Shown piece by piece: positions 48,449 through 60,300 of a DNA stretch of 64,000 bases. The notes beneath the pieces are model-generated. The model saw only the letters and a list, made by a program, of their open reading frames with translations, was not told the origin of the DNA and made no database searches. Location: assembly GCA_047495785.1 (NCBI GenBank), contig JBLDXI010000015.1:1984001-2048000 (forward strand), given 5' to 3'. The translations under genes and the position numbers were made by a program. This stretch comes from Lepidodermella squamata. Its lineage: Eukaryota; Animalia; Gastrotricha. Numbering within the stretch: position 1 is the stretch's first letter; the number at the start of each line of letters is the position of its first letter.

Positions 48449-49377
48449 ATGGATACCGCGATCGTTCTCGATGTGAGAACGGCGCGATCGATCACGAGTT
48501 CCATTCTCTACTCGCAGGTCCCAATTGTTGGGGTTAATCTTTTCTACGACTCGTCGAATCTTCTGTGCCTCGTCGCCCTGAAACACTGGGACTCACGCCG
48601 CGTTTGGCTCTACGACCTTAAACTATACCCCCAACTCATGTTCGAGGGTGAGCTCGGTCGATTGCTGTCAACATCTGAAATTCGAAAAGTCGTCCATTCG
48701 AGTCGAATGTCTAGTAAACAACTGGAAAAAGACTACGGCATTAGGCTGAGAAATGCTTTCGATTGCCAACTCGCCTTCGATTTATTCCGCGAAGATCAGG
48801 GCCTTCCAAAACGACCGGCTAATATTGAAGAGCTCGAGACGTATTTCGTGCCTCAACGTGATTTCTCACGCCTATGTCCGCCCAATATTTTCGAATTGAC
48901 GATACCAGATTTTTGGCGGAGAAGGCCGCTGAGTAAGGCGCTTCAGCTCTACGCGGGTCGAATGACTTTCAGCCTCGTGCCAGATCTCTATCAAACAATG
49001 ACCAGGTAAATATTAAAAAAAATCGGAAAAAATTGGAGATGCCGGGGTTTGAACCCGGGACATCTTACATGCAAAGCAAGCGCTCTACCACTGAGCTACA
49101 TCCCCATGTGATAATTAAGCGCCGCGTTTTATCTCTTATTATTTATCATGTCCGCTATTGTTTGCTCAGTTATATAAACATCATGTATTTTTATTATAAT
49201 AATTTTTTTCGAACAATTATACAATGTTGTAGCACTAAATTTAATTATGTTTTTTACAGAGAATTATCGCCCGAAACAGTTCACCTGTTGGACACGTTCA
49301 CGGATGACAATATCTACCGAGTTCTATCGCAAACCGACCGGTATCGGCGCAATCAGGCGCATTATCGCAAGTGGTGA
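48449..49377 (+). CDS. DEDD 3'-5' exonuclease-like domain protein (EXD1/egalitarian-like), catalytic residues lost
   Basis: LL.....RKVVH, YGIRLRNAFDCQLA, FWRRRPLS..LQLYA; exons 48449-49005, 49260-49377. Confidence 0.78.
49034..49105 (-). tRNA. tRNA-Ala(TGC), solitary intronic copy (G)
   Basis: same sequence as cassette Ala; lies in intron 49006-49259, antisense to host. Confidence 0.93.
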
Positions 49378-49738
49378 TGGCCAATAATAACTCTCGATTT
49401 AACAAATTCTTTCTTCTTCAAAGTTATATCACAAAAGTTTATATAAATGAAACCTCGGACTAACGACGAGTAAAAACGAAGATGTTATTTTAAAGAAATA
49501 ATATCAAAAACAAGAGAAGATAATCACGCATTTTATCATCAATAATATTTGCCTTGAAAAATAGTATGAAAAAAGTGCTGGTAATCACAATTATTTACAT
49601 CCCTTCTAGAAATAATTAATTAAAAATCTTTCATAATATTTCGACAAAAAGTTTTAGACAAATATTGCCGTGCTTCGAATTTTTTTCGTTCTAATAAAAT
49701 TGGTTTTTTTCAACAAGTTTGGCGATGTGACTGGATCC

Positions 49739-52700
49739 TCACGACGGGTAGTAAAGTCTCAGCGAAAGAACGGCTGTCATAGCAGCAGCCGCTGCGCCTA
49801 TGACAAGGACAGCGAGAGGCGAATCGGCGGCGTGCGACAATGGCCCAGCTGTGAGCGCGACGGTGAATTGCGCGAGAAAAACCATCGAACTCACAAGGGC
49901 AATATCAGTGCCGAGGCCGCGCACTTCGCCGACTTTCGGCGGCTGCGGCAGCCCGGTCTGTTGGCTTGACGGAATTTGCGAGTAGCTATTGTTGCCTTCT
50001 GGGTCTAAGGTATTGCTGTCCTGTGACTGCAACGGCGCGCGTTCGCCCTGGTCGGTTGGCAGTTTTTCGAACATTTGATGCGAGTGGTATTTACCGATTA
50101 ATATGTACGGCATCGTGAATAGCGTCGAGTACATAAGGCCGGCGGTTAGTGACAGGAAAATTGCGGCCCATTTCGCTTGAATAAGCACCACTAACACCAG
50201 ACCGCAGCTATAAAGCGAAGGGCCAAGGGCGTAGGTTAACCGAAGGCCTAAAAATAAAAACATTAAAATTTAATTCTGAAAAAGAGGTTCATTTTTTTAA
50301 TTTTTGATATAAATAAATATAAAATTAAATTTTTTTCAATTATTCAAACTTAAATTTTGTAATTTTATCATTTTACAATTTTTATTCATTTTTGATTATT
50401 TATATCATTTATTTATTTTTATTTTCAACTGACCTAGTTTTTTGTAAACTCTTTCGGCGAATAGCGAGTAGATGCAGCATGTGAATGAGTAAAGGGACAT
50501 GCCGCAAGCTCCGAATCTGACTCCCTCCTCATACGTAAGTCTGGCCGGTGTTCCATAGGCTGCGGTTGCTTCACCCTCGAACACGATTTCACCACAGAAA
50601 TCGGTGAAATAAAGCGAGTAGCAAACCAGACTCATCCATGAAAAGTAATTAGTAAGACACACGAGAGCAACACTGCGCGGCATGCGCTTTATTGAGCGCA
50701 AATAGGTCAAGAAGGTCGGCTCTTTCGGCTCATTAGCCATAACCTTCAATAAAAAGTAAAAAACATTATTTTAATAAAGGTTAAATTAAACGGAAAGATA
50801 GCAAATGCAATTAAAAGCAATGCAATAGTAAAAGCGAGAGTTTGTTAGTGCTGAAAAAATGCTGAAAAATGAAGCAGTATAATTTTTAGTGAATTAACAT
50901 TTCCATTTTCGTCAAGCTCTTCTCCGAACACATCTTCATCATCACCGATAACAGCTTCATCTTCTTCGTTTTTATCAGTTTCATCCTTACCATTTGTCGA
51001 TGGAAAAAAAACAAAAAAATTCAGAACGTGAGTAAAAATAACAAGAAAATTCAAACGTGATTTCAAAAATTTTAAGGCGGACTTTTTATTTCTACCTGAA
51101 CTTTTGGTAGATCCTGGGACTTTGAAAATCATTTTTGGACCATCGGGGGATTAAAATTTGTTTACCTTTGGAGCATTAAGGCGATCAAGCTCGGTTTTGT
51201 CGATGCTTTTAGTTCGCGATACATCACTCTGCGGGCCGCTTTGCCCTGACTGCGAGCCATATTGCATCGACTGCATCGACTCCTCGCGGCTGATATCAGC
51301 CGCCTCGCTCTGAATCTTGAACTGCTGCATGGCATCGCTGCAGCTTTTCGTCGCCATAAGCGGCAATCTTTCCGGCTGTTTCGGCTGAGCCTTAATCGCA
51401 AGGCCACTCTGGAGTTTTCGCGACATTTGCCGGTTCAACTTACGATACGAACCCTGGCGGCCTTGTTGTCGCAATTTTTCCAACTCCTTCTTCGCCGCTT
51501 CTTGCGTTTCGTTGGCAATACTCTGCAAATCGCGCCATTCTTCCAGCGTCGGTTCTTGAAATACGAAAATTGTACTGCAAACGAAGAGAACGAACAACAC
51601 GCCGATTATTGTATAGACAGTTTTGAGGTGTTGGAAAAACGTTGAAGCTGTTTCAGCCGCTGAGCCGCCCATGTCGATGCCGCCCATCAAATAACCGATC
51701 GTGCCACCCAGGCCGGCTGAGACTGTGAAGGTCCTCAGGCCGAGTCGGTGGTCCTCGGGTAGGCAGACGTCGAGTAAATAAGTCCGGCAGGGTGACTGGG
51801 ATGCATCGCAGCCGAAATCCATTAGAATGACGCCGAGAATGGCCATTCCGATCGGGAGTTGGTGAACAGCTGCTGAGGTTGGCGGCAGAGGCGTTGTTGT
51901 ACCTTGGATTTCACCGCCTGACATGGCTGCTGCTAGGTTGGCTAATGGATCAGGGGTGGTTAGGTGTTCTGCTGGTCCGAATAAGTCCTGGTCGTAGATG
52001 GAGGGTCCATCTGCCTCTCGGCCTTGAGTCGAGGTTGACGTCGATGAATGCGTTGATGTTGTGGCGTATTCTGTTGTTGTACTGAAGGTTGAGGTCGAGG
52101 TAAAAAATTCTTCGTCTTCCAACTCATCTGCAAAAGAAAGAAGGAAAATGAATCGACAAATCATACAATCTGTGTATCACTGTTAACAATTATTCGTTAC
52201 CCATAGTCCCATCAACTATCAACTCCCAAGAATTCAAAAATAATCGCTGCCAGTAGGATTTGAACCTACGCGCGGAGACCGCATCTGATTTCAAGTCAGA
52301 CCCCTTAACCACTCGGGCATAGCAGCTTTATGTACTATGCAGTATCAGACGACGTATAGATCATATAGGTCATAGCTTTCACTCGCGGAGAGATGATTCG
52401 AAGGAATGTTCTCAGACAGAGGAAACAGTTTGAAATCATTCACTCAACGAGGAAGCTTTTTTGATCATAATATTTGAAGCCGGCCTAGTGGCCTAATGGT
52501 AAGGCGTCGGCCTCCGGAGCCGGAGATTGTGGGTTCGAGTCCCATCTGGGTCGCTACTTTTTTCGCCCAGGTCAAAGAAACTCGATTCAGCAGCAACAAT
52601 TGACAGAATGGTCATCAATCAGCCGGCTCAGTAGCTTAGTGGTAGAGCATCTGTCTTGTAAACAGAAGGTCGCGGGTTCGATCCCCGTCTGGGCCTCGGC

Positions 52701-55700
52701 TCCTCTTTTTTGCCTATCAACTGATAGATTTTAAGCTAGACGATTTGAATAGGATCTAGGGTGACCACAAGCGCCTCCTTGGCTCAGTTGGCTAGAGCGC
52801 CAGTCTCATAATCTGGAGGTCGTGAGTTCGATCCTCACAGGGGGCAGCTTCAACTTTTTGACAATGGGATCCCAATTCCTAACGAAGGTCACATCCCAAT
52901 TAGGTTCCATCGTCATCCTCCCTGATGGTCTAGTGGTTAGGATTCCGCGCTTTCACCGCGGCGGCCCGGGTTCGATTCCCGGTCAGGGAACTACTTTTCT
53001 CCTATTTTTCTCGAACTGCTAATATCGCCGATTTATCCAAGACAAGTAGCCAGTGTTTACTTTTAGATTGTTGCCGTGTCGAAAAATTGGTCAAAATTTT
53101 ACGCCTGTCGAACATCTTAGTCTGGATATGCAGTGTCAAAGTCCAACTACTTGTTGCTGGGTCGGTCGCGATAGTGGGGCTGGTCGGGTTGGTGGGTGTG
53201 ATTTTTTTTCACACTATGTTAATCAATTGATAGAATCGCGTGCTGCCAAGCCCCATTGATCCCATTGATGCTATCATATCGACCATCAGAGCAACACGTA
53301 GTTGGACTTTGACTCCGCAAAATCCGGCCTAAGATGAATGGCAAATGCCCCCGAATTAGTATTTTCGTAATAAAGGTCGCCGCTGCATACGAATGATCAT
53401 GCCGATAATAATTTGAAGGAAATGTTTTCTATCTGAGATCTGCTAAGCACCTCTATGTTGGGACGCCAAGGAAATTGCATGTGGGGGTAAATGGGCCGGA
53501 AAAACACCTCCTCGCCGCTGGTTTCACATAAAAAATTATTTTTTCTATTCATTTTTTAAGGATTGGAGCAATTTTTGGTACTTGCACTACAACCCACGTA
53601 GTGAAATAGCGTAATAGCAATGCGGAAAAGTGATTTAATCTTTCTTCAAAGGCAATGAATTAATTGTTTTTTTATGTGGTTTCGAAACTGGGATATTTCG
53701 ACCTAAAATTTGGAGCGATACCAGTGACACGACAGTATTGAAAACCTATTTTTTCGGGCAATTTACCGAAATGGTAATTCTTTCACAGAAATTATGCTTC
53801 AGTGGGACTTCTAAAACTGTTGCCAGATTGGTTTCTTGAAAAAAGCTTCAATTTGCACTTACTAGATGACGTTTCGTTAGGACTAGCTGTTGTTGTCGTA
53901 GTAGTGGTCGTAGTCTTTGGCCTGCGTGCTTTTGTCATTGCCGGGAAAAATATCGGCCCTTCAGCCGCTCGTCGTCTCTGGACATTTCTTTTCCGCACAC
54001 TGTAACTGTCAACCTGCGGTCGAGCAAACTCGGGCCGAACAGTCGTAAAACCGGGTATAACCTGGCCGTCCGCGCTGTGGTTCCGGGCGTATTGTTCCAT
54101 TATGCTGGCTTCAGTCTTTTGCGCTACGGATACGGCTGATCCGATGAGGGCCAGGCCGAGCAGGACGATGAGTGATAGGGCGACGATGAAGGGGCGACGG
54201 CGGCCGAATCGCGAGTTGCAGGCGTCGGAGAGTGAGCCGAATACGGGTGTGACGAAAACGCCGAGAATTGGCGAACAGCCCCATACCATCGACGTGAAGT
54301 AGGTTGGGGTGCCGAGCAGCCGGAGAAGAGGCGATACGAAGGCAGTTTCAGCGGAATAACCTGCAAAAATAAAGCGACAGTTAGTTGACCCCAAAGCCAA
54401 ATTCACAAGTTAGCGATAAAAGAATTTAAGAAGGGCAATTCGAATATGATTGATGACGAATTTAGAACAATAAAGAAAGGTTCCGGCGGGGTTCGAACCC
54501 GCGACCTTCTGCGTGTAAAGCAGACGTGATGAACCACTACACAACGGAACCTGTTACATCAGATACAGGCCTTAGAAGTTTGACAGTTTCATATCAGTTT
54601 ACTGGTTAAAAATATTGGAGATGCCGGGGTTTGAACCCGGGACATCTTACATGCAAAGCAAGCGCTCTACCACTGAGCTACATCCCCACATGATCTCAAG
54701 GGTCATGGATCCACTTTTGATGGCAATTGAACCTTTTCAAAGTAGGCAAAAAGTTCGACGAGGTTCCGGCGGGGTTCGAACCCGCGACCTTCTCCGTGTG
54801 AAGGAGACGTGATAACCACTACACTACGGAACCTGGATGAGTCCGATCGTACCCTGTAAGATTAAGGCAATGATCATGAGTTTCTAGATCCAGAATTTCG
54901 AAAAGTGTGGAGAAAAATAGTTCCCTGACCGGGAATCGAACCCGGGCCGCCGCGGTGAAAGCGCGGAATCCTAACCACTAGACCATCAGGGAGGATGAAC
55001 CTGGAACCTAATTGGGATATGACACTCTTTAGGAATTAAGATCCTATTGACAAAAAGATTGAAGCTGCCCCCTGTGAGGATCGAACTCACGACCTCCAGA
55101 TTATGAGACTGGCGCTCTAGCCAACTGAGCCAAGGAGGCGCTTGTGGTCACCCTAGATACTATAGTCTTTTCCTAATTGAACTATCGATTGATTGATGCT
55201 AGGGGTAAAAGAGAAGCCGAGGCCCAGACGGGGATCGAACCCGCGACCTTCTGTTTACAAGACAGATGCTCTACCACTAAGCTACTGAGCCGGCTGATTG
55301 ATGAACTAATCGATGATTTTCGAAAAAGAGCCCATATTTTTATGAAGACGAAAAAGTAGCGACCCAGATGGGACTCGAACCCACAATCTCCGGCTCCGGA
55401 GGCCGACGCCTTACCATTAGGCCACTAGGCCGAGTTCATCAGACTTCATCCGAAAAAGTTATGTTCTATTCCTGCAACATATTCAGGTTACTTCAAGTTA
55501 TTAAGGTTATAAGTATAGGCTACTGTATGCCCTAGAACATTTCAGCCTTAAAAATTGTCAAAGTGGTATATTGGGACCCTCTAATCTGAAGTTAGGCCAG
55601 TCTAATTATTTGACCTCTAGGTCGGTCATTCGAAATAAATTCAAAATAAATTCATGTCTTCAATTGGGGCAGTACGGTATAGTGTAAAATTAGTCTTTAG

Positions 55701-55912
55701 AAATTCAACTTACAAAATTCGATTCCGCAGATGGTCGCGCTGAGAGCCGCCATTTCCCAGATCGCTTTTCTGCGGAAGAAAAACTCAAACTTCTTATGAA
55801 GCGGCTCTTCGGGCCGGTACAGCTTGTTGTTAGCCATCAACTGGCCCGGCAGCCAGTAGACGGTCTGGCCCGGCAGCGACCTCAAAAACGCAACCACCTT
55901 GCCTTGAGCCAT
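49739..55912 (-). CDS. SLC45-family (sucrose/H+ symporter-like) MFS transporter
   Basis: GIEFC|YSAETAFVSPLL, SDACNSRFGRRRPFI, DFGCDASQSPCRTYLLD, YSLYFTDFCGE, RGLGTDIALVSSMVFLAQ; exons include 55714-55912, 53863-54360, 51166-52127. Confidence 0.92.
52245..52326 (-). tRNA. tRNA-Ser(TGA), cassette H
   Basis: reverse complement of 7855-7936. Confidence 0.93.
52482..52553 (+). tRNA. tRNA-Arg(CCG), cassette H
   Basis: intact cloverleaf. Confidence 0.93.
52625..52696 (+). tRNA. tRNA-Thr(TGT), cassette H
   Basis: intact cloverleaf. Confidence 0.93.
52773..52846 (+). tRNA. tRNA-Met(CAT), cassette H
   Basis: intact cloverleaf. Confidence 0.93.
52919..52990 (+). tRNA. tRNA-Glu(TTC), cassette H
   Basis: intact cloverleaf. 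Confidence 0.93.
53113..53336. mobile_element. MITE-like foldback element
   Basis: ~60-bp imperfect inverted repeats: catcttagtctggat...gtcaaagtccaactacttgttgct / agcaacacgtagttggactttgac...atccggcctaagatg. Confidence 0.7.
54478..54551 (-). tRNA. tRNA-Val(TAC), cassette I
   Basis: intact cloverleaf. Confidence 0.93.
54616..54687 (-). tRNA. tRNA-Ala(TGC), cassette I
   Basis: intact cloverleaf. Confidence 0.93.
54761..54833 (-). tRNA. tRNA-Val(CAC), cassette I
   Basis: intact cloverleaf. Confidence 0.93.
54921..54992 (-). tRNA. tRNA-Glu(TTC), cassette I
   Basis: intact cloverleaf. Confidence 0.93.
55066..55139 (-). tRNA. tRNA-Met(CAT), cassette I
   Basis: intact cloverleaf. Confidence 0.93.
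55220..55291 (-). tRNA. tRNA-Thr(TGT), cassette I
   Basis: intact cloverleaf. Confidence 0.93.
55360..55431 (-). tRNA. tRNA-Arg(CCG), cassette I
   Basis: intact cloverleaf. Confidence 0.93.
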
Positions 55913-57310
55913 CGATAAGAACTTTTTTTCAGGTTGTTTAACCGAAGATCATAGGGTAATTATACTGCTATAATAACAATATTTAGATAGCAAATTAGGG
56001 TGCTACTATGTTTCTCAGGATAAACATGCTATGTAGAAGAGCTCATACAAGGTATAAGTGATACGATTCGATTTTTATTCTAATCACACACTCATGATAT
56101 GACGCTATGCGACGTGTTTTTAGCTAAATTATCCGTTTTTTTTTCGCTCACGCCATCGACTTCACAACGATGAGCTGCTTGCTCGCTTTATAGGACGATG
56201 CAACAGATGACAAATTTGTGTAATAAAATTATTATTATTATTATTAGTGTTATTATAATGACGTGGCTGTGCTGTTATCAAGCGCGCGGCACCTCTTTTC
56301 CGCAGGCACACAGCACAAGCAGCCGCCCGTCGCGCGCCGAATATATTTCGACTTATTGCCCGCAGAAACGCGCCGCTTCACGATGATAATCATCGCGCGC
56401 GCACTCGCGTGTCAACGTTAATAAATACTTGTTGCGCGCGCGCGTTTTTTGCCCGCAAAATGCGCCCATCCTCAAGCTCTATCTCTTCTTATTACAAAAT
56501 GTGATTGATTAAATTGATCTTTCGAAATATACTAGGTTATAATAATTACTTTACGAAGCAGTAGCATGATGATAATAATAACGTTAATTCAGAAAAACGA
56601 AAAACACGGTTCGAAAAATTTATGCACTCAAAAGAAAAATTGAAATTTTTTAGTACGACAACTTAGTTCACCTGCCAGAAATTGAAATTAATGGTACGCA
56701 ATTACTCTCACCTTTCCCTTCTTTGTTTCCGGGTTTGTTAACCTCATGCAATAAGGCGGACTATTCATTTCATTTTATTTCACTTTTTTGCGCACCTTAG
56801 GGCGATATGAGTGCGTCGTTTTTCAAAAAAATTTGAATCGATATGATTTGTTCATTTGAACAGGAATTACGCCGGCCATTGGCTAGGCTAATATATTGAT
56901 TATTTTTCTGTCTCAAATTTAATGAAATAATGAACAGCTGCTGGAATGTGATGTGAAATAAAATAATGAAAAGGTAAACACTTGACAAGGGCGCGATTTT
57001 GTGCGTATATTCATTTCCGTTCCAGGGTGTTTACTGCTAGACATAACATCCCCATACAAAACGAGCCGTTGCTATGGCAGCCAGTTGTATGTAAACGACT
57101 TTCTCACCCTGAAATACGCGCTCTGCGAAGAAAGAAAATAGGAAGAAACGCTGGCTTCGCATATGCTCAAAGAAAAGAAACGATCAATATTCTAGAAATT
57201 TCGCATATTATAGTATAGAAATATTTTCAGAAAATCTTTCACTTTGAAATAGACAGCTTTTCAGATAAATTACTTAAATATTTTTTATTTTTAGCACCAC
57301 ACTTTTTCAA

Positions 57311-60300
57311 ATGAGCAGTGTAAAGGGATCCAAGGCCGGTTCCACAATAGGTGGCGCATCGACCAAGTCAGGGGTATGAAGATAAAATTGGCCGATTTTT
57401 CCTGAAATTTTCTTTAAAATACGAAATTCTAGCGTGGTGTTGCGTCATCAGTTGCGAGTGGAAGCACAGGAACTGGCAGCAAAAAGACATCTTCCCAGCA
57501 TAGGAGATGTAAGCTTTTCCTATAGCGTCCTTGGTTACGCTTGAAAAAAGACTCGGTTGCTAAGGAGTTTTTTCATTCCATTCCAGCAAGCTCGTCTTCG
57601 TCTGAAAATGCTTCCGACGACGAGTTGGATGCTGAAGACAGCCTCGAATCTCAATTAGTACCTTGCCTAGCAAGCTGTTCACGTCAGAAAATGAGGGCAA
57701 TCCAGTGAGTGTCCTAAATCAGGTCAAATTAATAATTTAAAAATTTTATTTTCATGCAGCATGGCCTTGAAAAGGATGGGCAATAACGACAATAGAATTT
57801 CATCCAAAGACTTTTACGCTATTTTAACGAATGAATACGGCATCAAATTCACGCCTCGAGTCGTTCAAATCATCCAGGAAACATTCGAAGACAACCAGGG
57901 CATTCAATTCGAGAAAATTTTCAAATGCATGGAAGGCGCGCATCAGCGAACCGGGCGCGATTCAGTCGACGCCGCGCTAGCTCGAAACGACCTTCAAACC
58001 CGAAAAACAACGAAAACCATTCAAGAATGGACTGAAGAGCTTATAAGCCGTGTTGAGGAGCAAGTATCACGAGCCGATGTTTTCCTTGATTTCGAAGACC
58101 TACGGCATCGAATGGAGGATAAAGATCGTGAGAAAAGCGGATTGCTGGCTAAACAAGATTTGATGGCGTTCTGCAACGAGCCGAGTTTCCCCGTCTACGG
58201 CGCCCTGTTAAACGCAATCATCAAGCATTGCGAGTCTGAATCTGAACAAGGCAAGGTTAAATGGAATGAATTTATCGATATGTTGGAGAAGGGCCAAACC
58301 CGCTTCACCGAGGCGAACCCTGAAATGCGACGCGCGTTGACGACCCGGCCGAAGGGTGGCATTATTAAGGGTGATCAACCGGGCGCTGGGGGCGCGGCTG
58401 CTCCGAAGAAAAAGGCCACGGTTAAGGTGGCTGTCGAGGCTGGTGACGATGGTACTGGGACCGAATCGGGGGCTGGCGGGCTGCAGCCGCTGAGTACCAT
58501 GCCGTCGAATACACTCGGAGATGGCGACGGGGCGGACGCGTTTGACTCGCAGGGTGTCCACACGGACGACAAGTCAAAAAGTAAATTTCGCCGATAGCAG
58601 ACATCAATTTCAATCATGCATAAAAATAATCTTTCTCTCAATTTATTCTATCAATTTTTTTCATAGGTTTGAAAAGGATTCGGAATTTTACTAAATTAAT
58701 GCATCATTAGTTTATATATTATAAGATAATTATAGCCGCGATTTATTTGCTTTAAATTTTCATTTGCTTGCCCCTTAACTATAAACTTATAAGTTCAACG
58801 CCGCCATTCCTGGGGTCACGATGAAGCGGCTGATTTGTTGCTGTGGAAAAAGCTCAGAGGCGAAAGTAAATCGATGGACGCAATGCCGACCATGCGACAT
58901 TTGAGCAACTTGATGATCCGCCCACTATTCGCGATCGGTTCATCAATCCCTCATGTTGTTTCAAGTCACCATCACCATAACGCGCTTAGACGCAAAAGCT
59001 CAAACAATACTAGTCGAGAATCGTCGCGGGCTAACAGCCTTTCAAGCCATTTAAGCATCACGCGGCGGCATAGTCATCGCCATTCTACGGCTATGCCAGG
59101 TCGAGATATCGGTCATTTGTTGGCTATTAGCGCAATCGATGCGACTAATCACCCTGACCGGGCGAAAAAACACCGCAAAGTATCGATTTCGCCCAACTTA
59201 ACGGCCGAATCAACCAATCAACCACCTGTTGAGCACGCTCGGGAAGACCGATCGCCGTCTGCTTCATCGTCGATTATCTTGAAACCACCCCGGGGTATTA
59301 ATTATGTAGGGAATGTAGCTGAAAAAAGCGTATGGTTAATAGGGTCACAGCACCTAGCGAAAAATTTATGCAACTTTTTAATCGTCACAAAAGCCGTTGT
59401 AGAGGGCTTTTTTAGCTGTAATTGCTGTTTTTTCCTAGCTCATGTTTGAAAGTTACTTTGTTCTCATCTGCAAATAATAAGCTTTGAAAGCTTTTATTCG
59501 ATAATATTATAAAATAAAATTCTGGAAAATTTGGTGGCAAATGTGATTGTTTTTTTTCAAGAGGGAATAAGAGCGATGAGATCAGAGTTTCCAGAGAAAT
59601 AATGTGGTTATAGCTGTGTTGGTTTGCAATTTTTACCTTTATTGCTTTACCTTTATTTTACGCCGCAGGTCCACATCACATCCGCTTGTTGCTAGATGAT
59701 AGCACCTGGGAAGAAGCTAAAACAGGTTTATATATATTTTTTTTATATTTTTTTTTCGAAAAATGTAACACTGACATTTTTAATTTCAAAAAATTATTCA
59801 TAATCCCAAATACCTATATTTTCTGTGAAAAAGCCATGGAAATCAGGAATAAAGATCCTAACGATAGCCTAACCTCATCGGATCAACAGTCTGAATTTGA
59901 GGAAAGTAAAAGAAGAGCTTCAAAAATGGTCGGCAAGATGAAATGGGACCGGTTGAAGCCTATGTCAAAAGCTTTCACCGGAGTTCGAGCTTTACAAAAA
60001 AACAAACCTGACGGTACAAGTTTTCGGAACAAAATTTCCACATTATTTTTAACCCACCCTCAAACAACCTCATTCACAGCAATTATTCTGATTTTTTCTA
60101 ATTTTATTTTCTTCACGATTTTCTGAAATTTTGTTTTTTTCCTCACCTTTTCTTTCAAGATATCTATCGCCATAATCAAAACCGTGCTTCGTTTTCCGTC
60201 TCAGAGACGCCAGTACAGTTGCCTATTCATATGAGTAACAAACCACCCCAGCCCGTGACTATCCACGTCATCTCTGGGACGAATGTTGAAACGCATGTTG

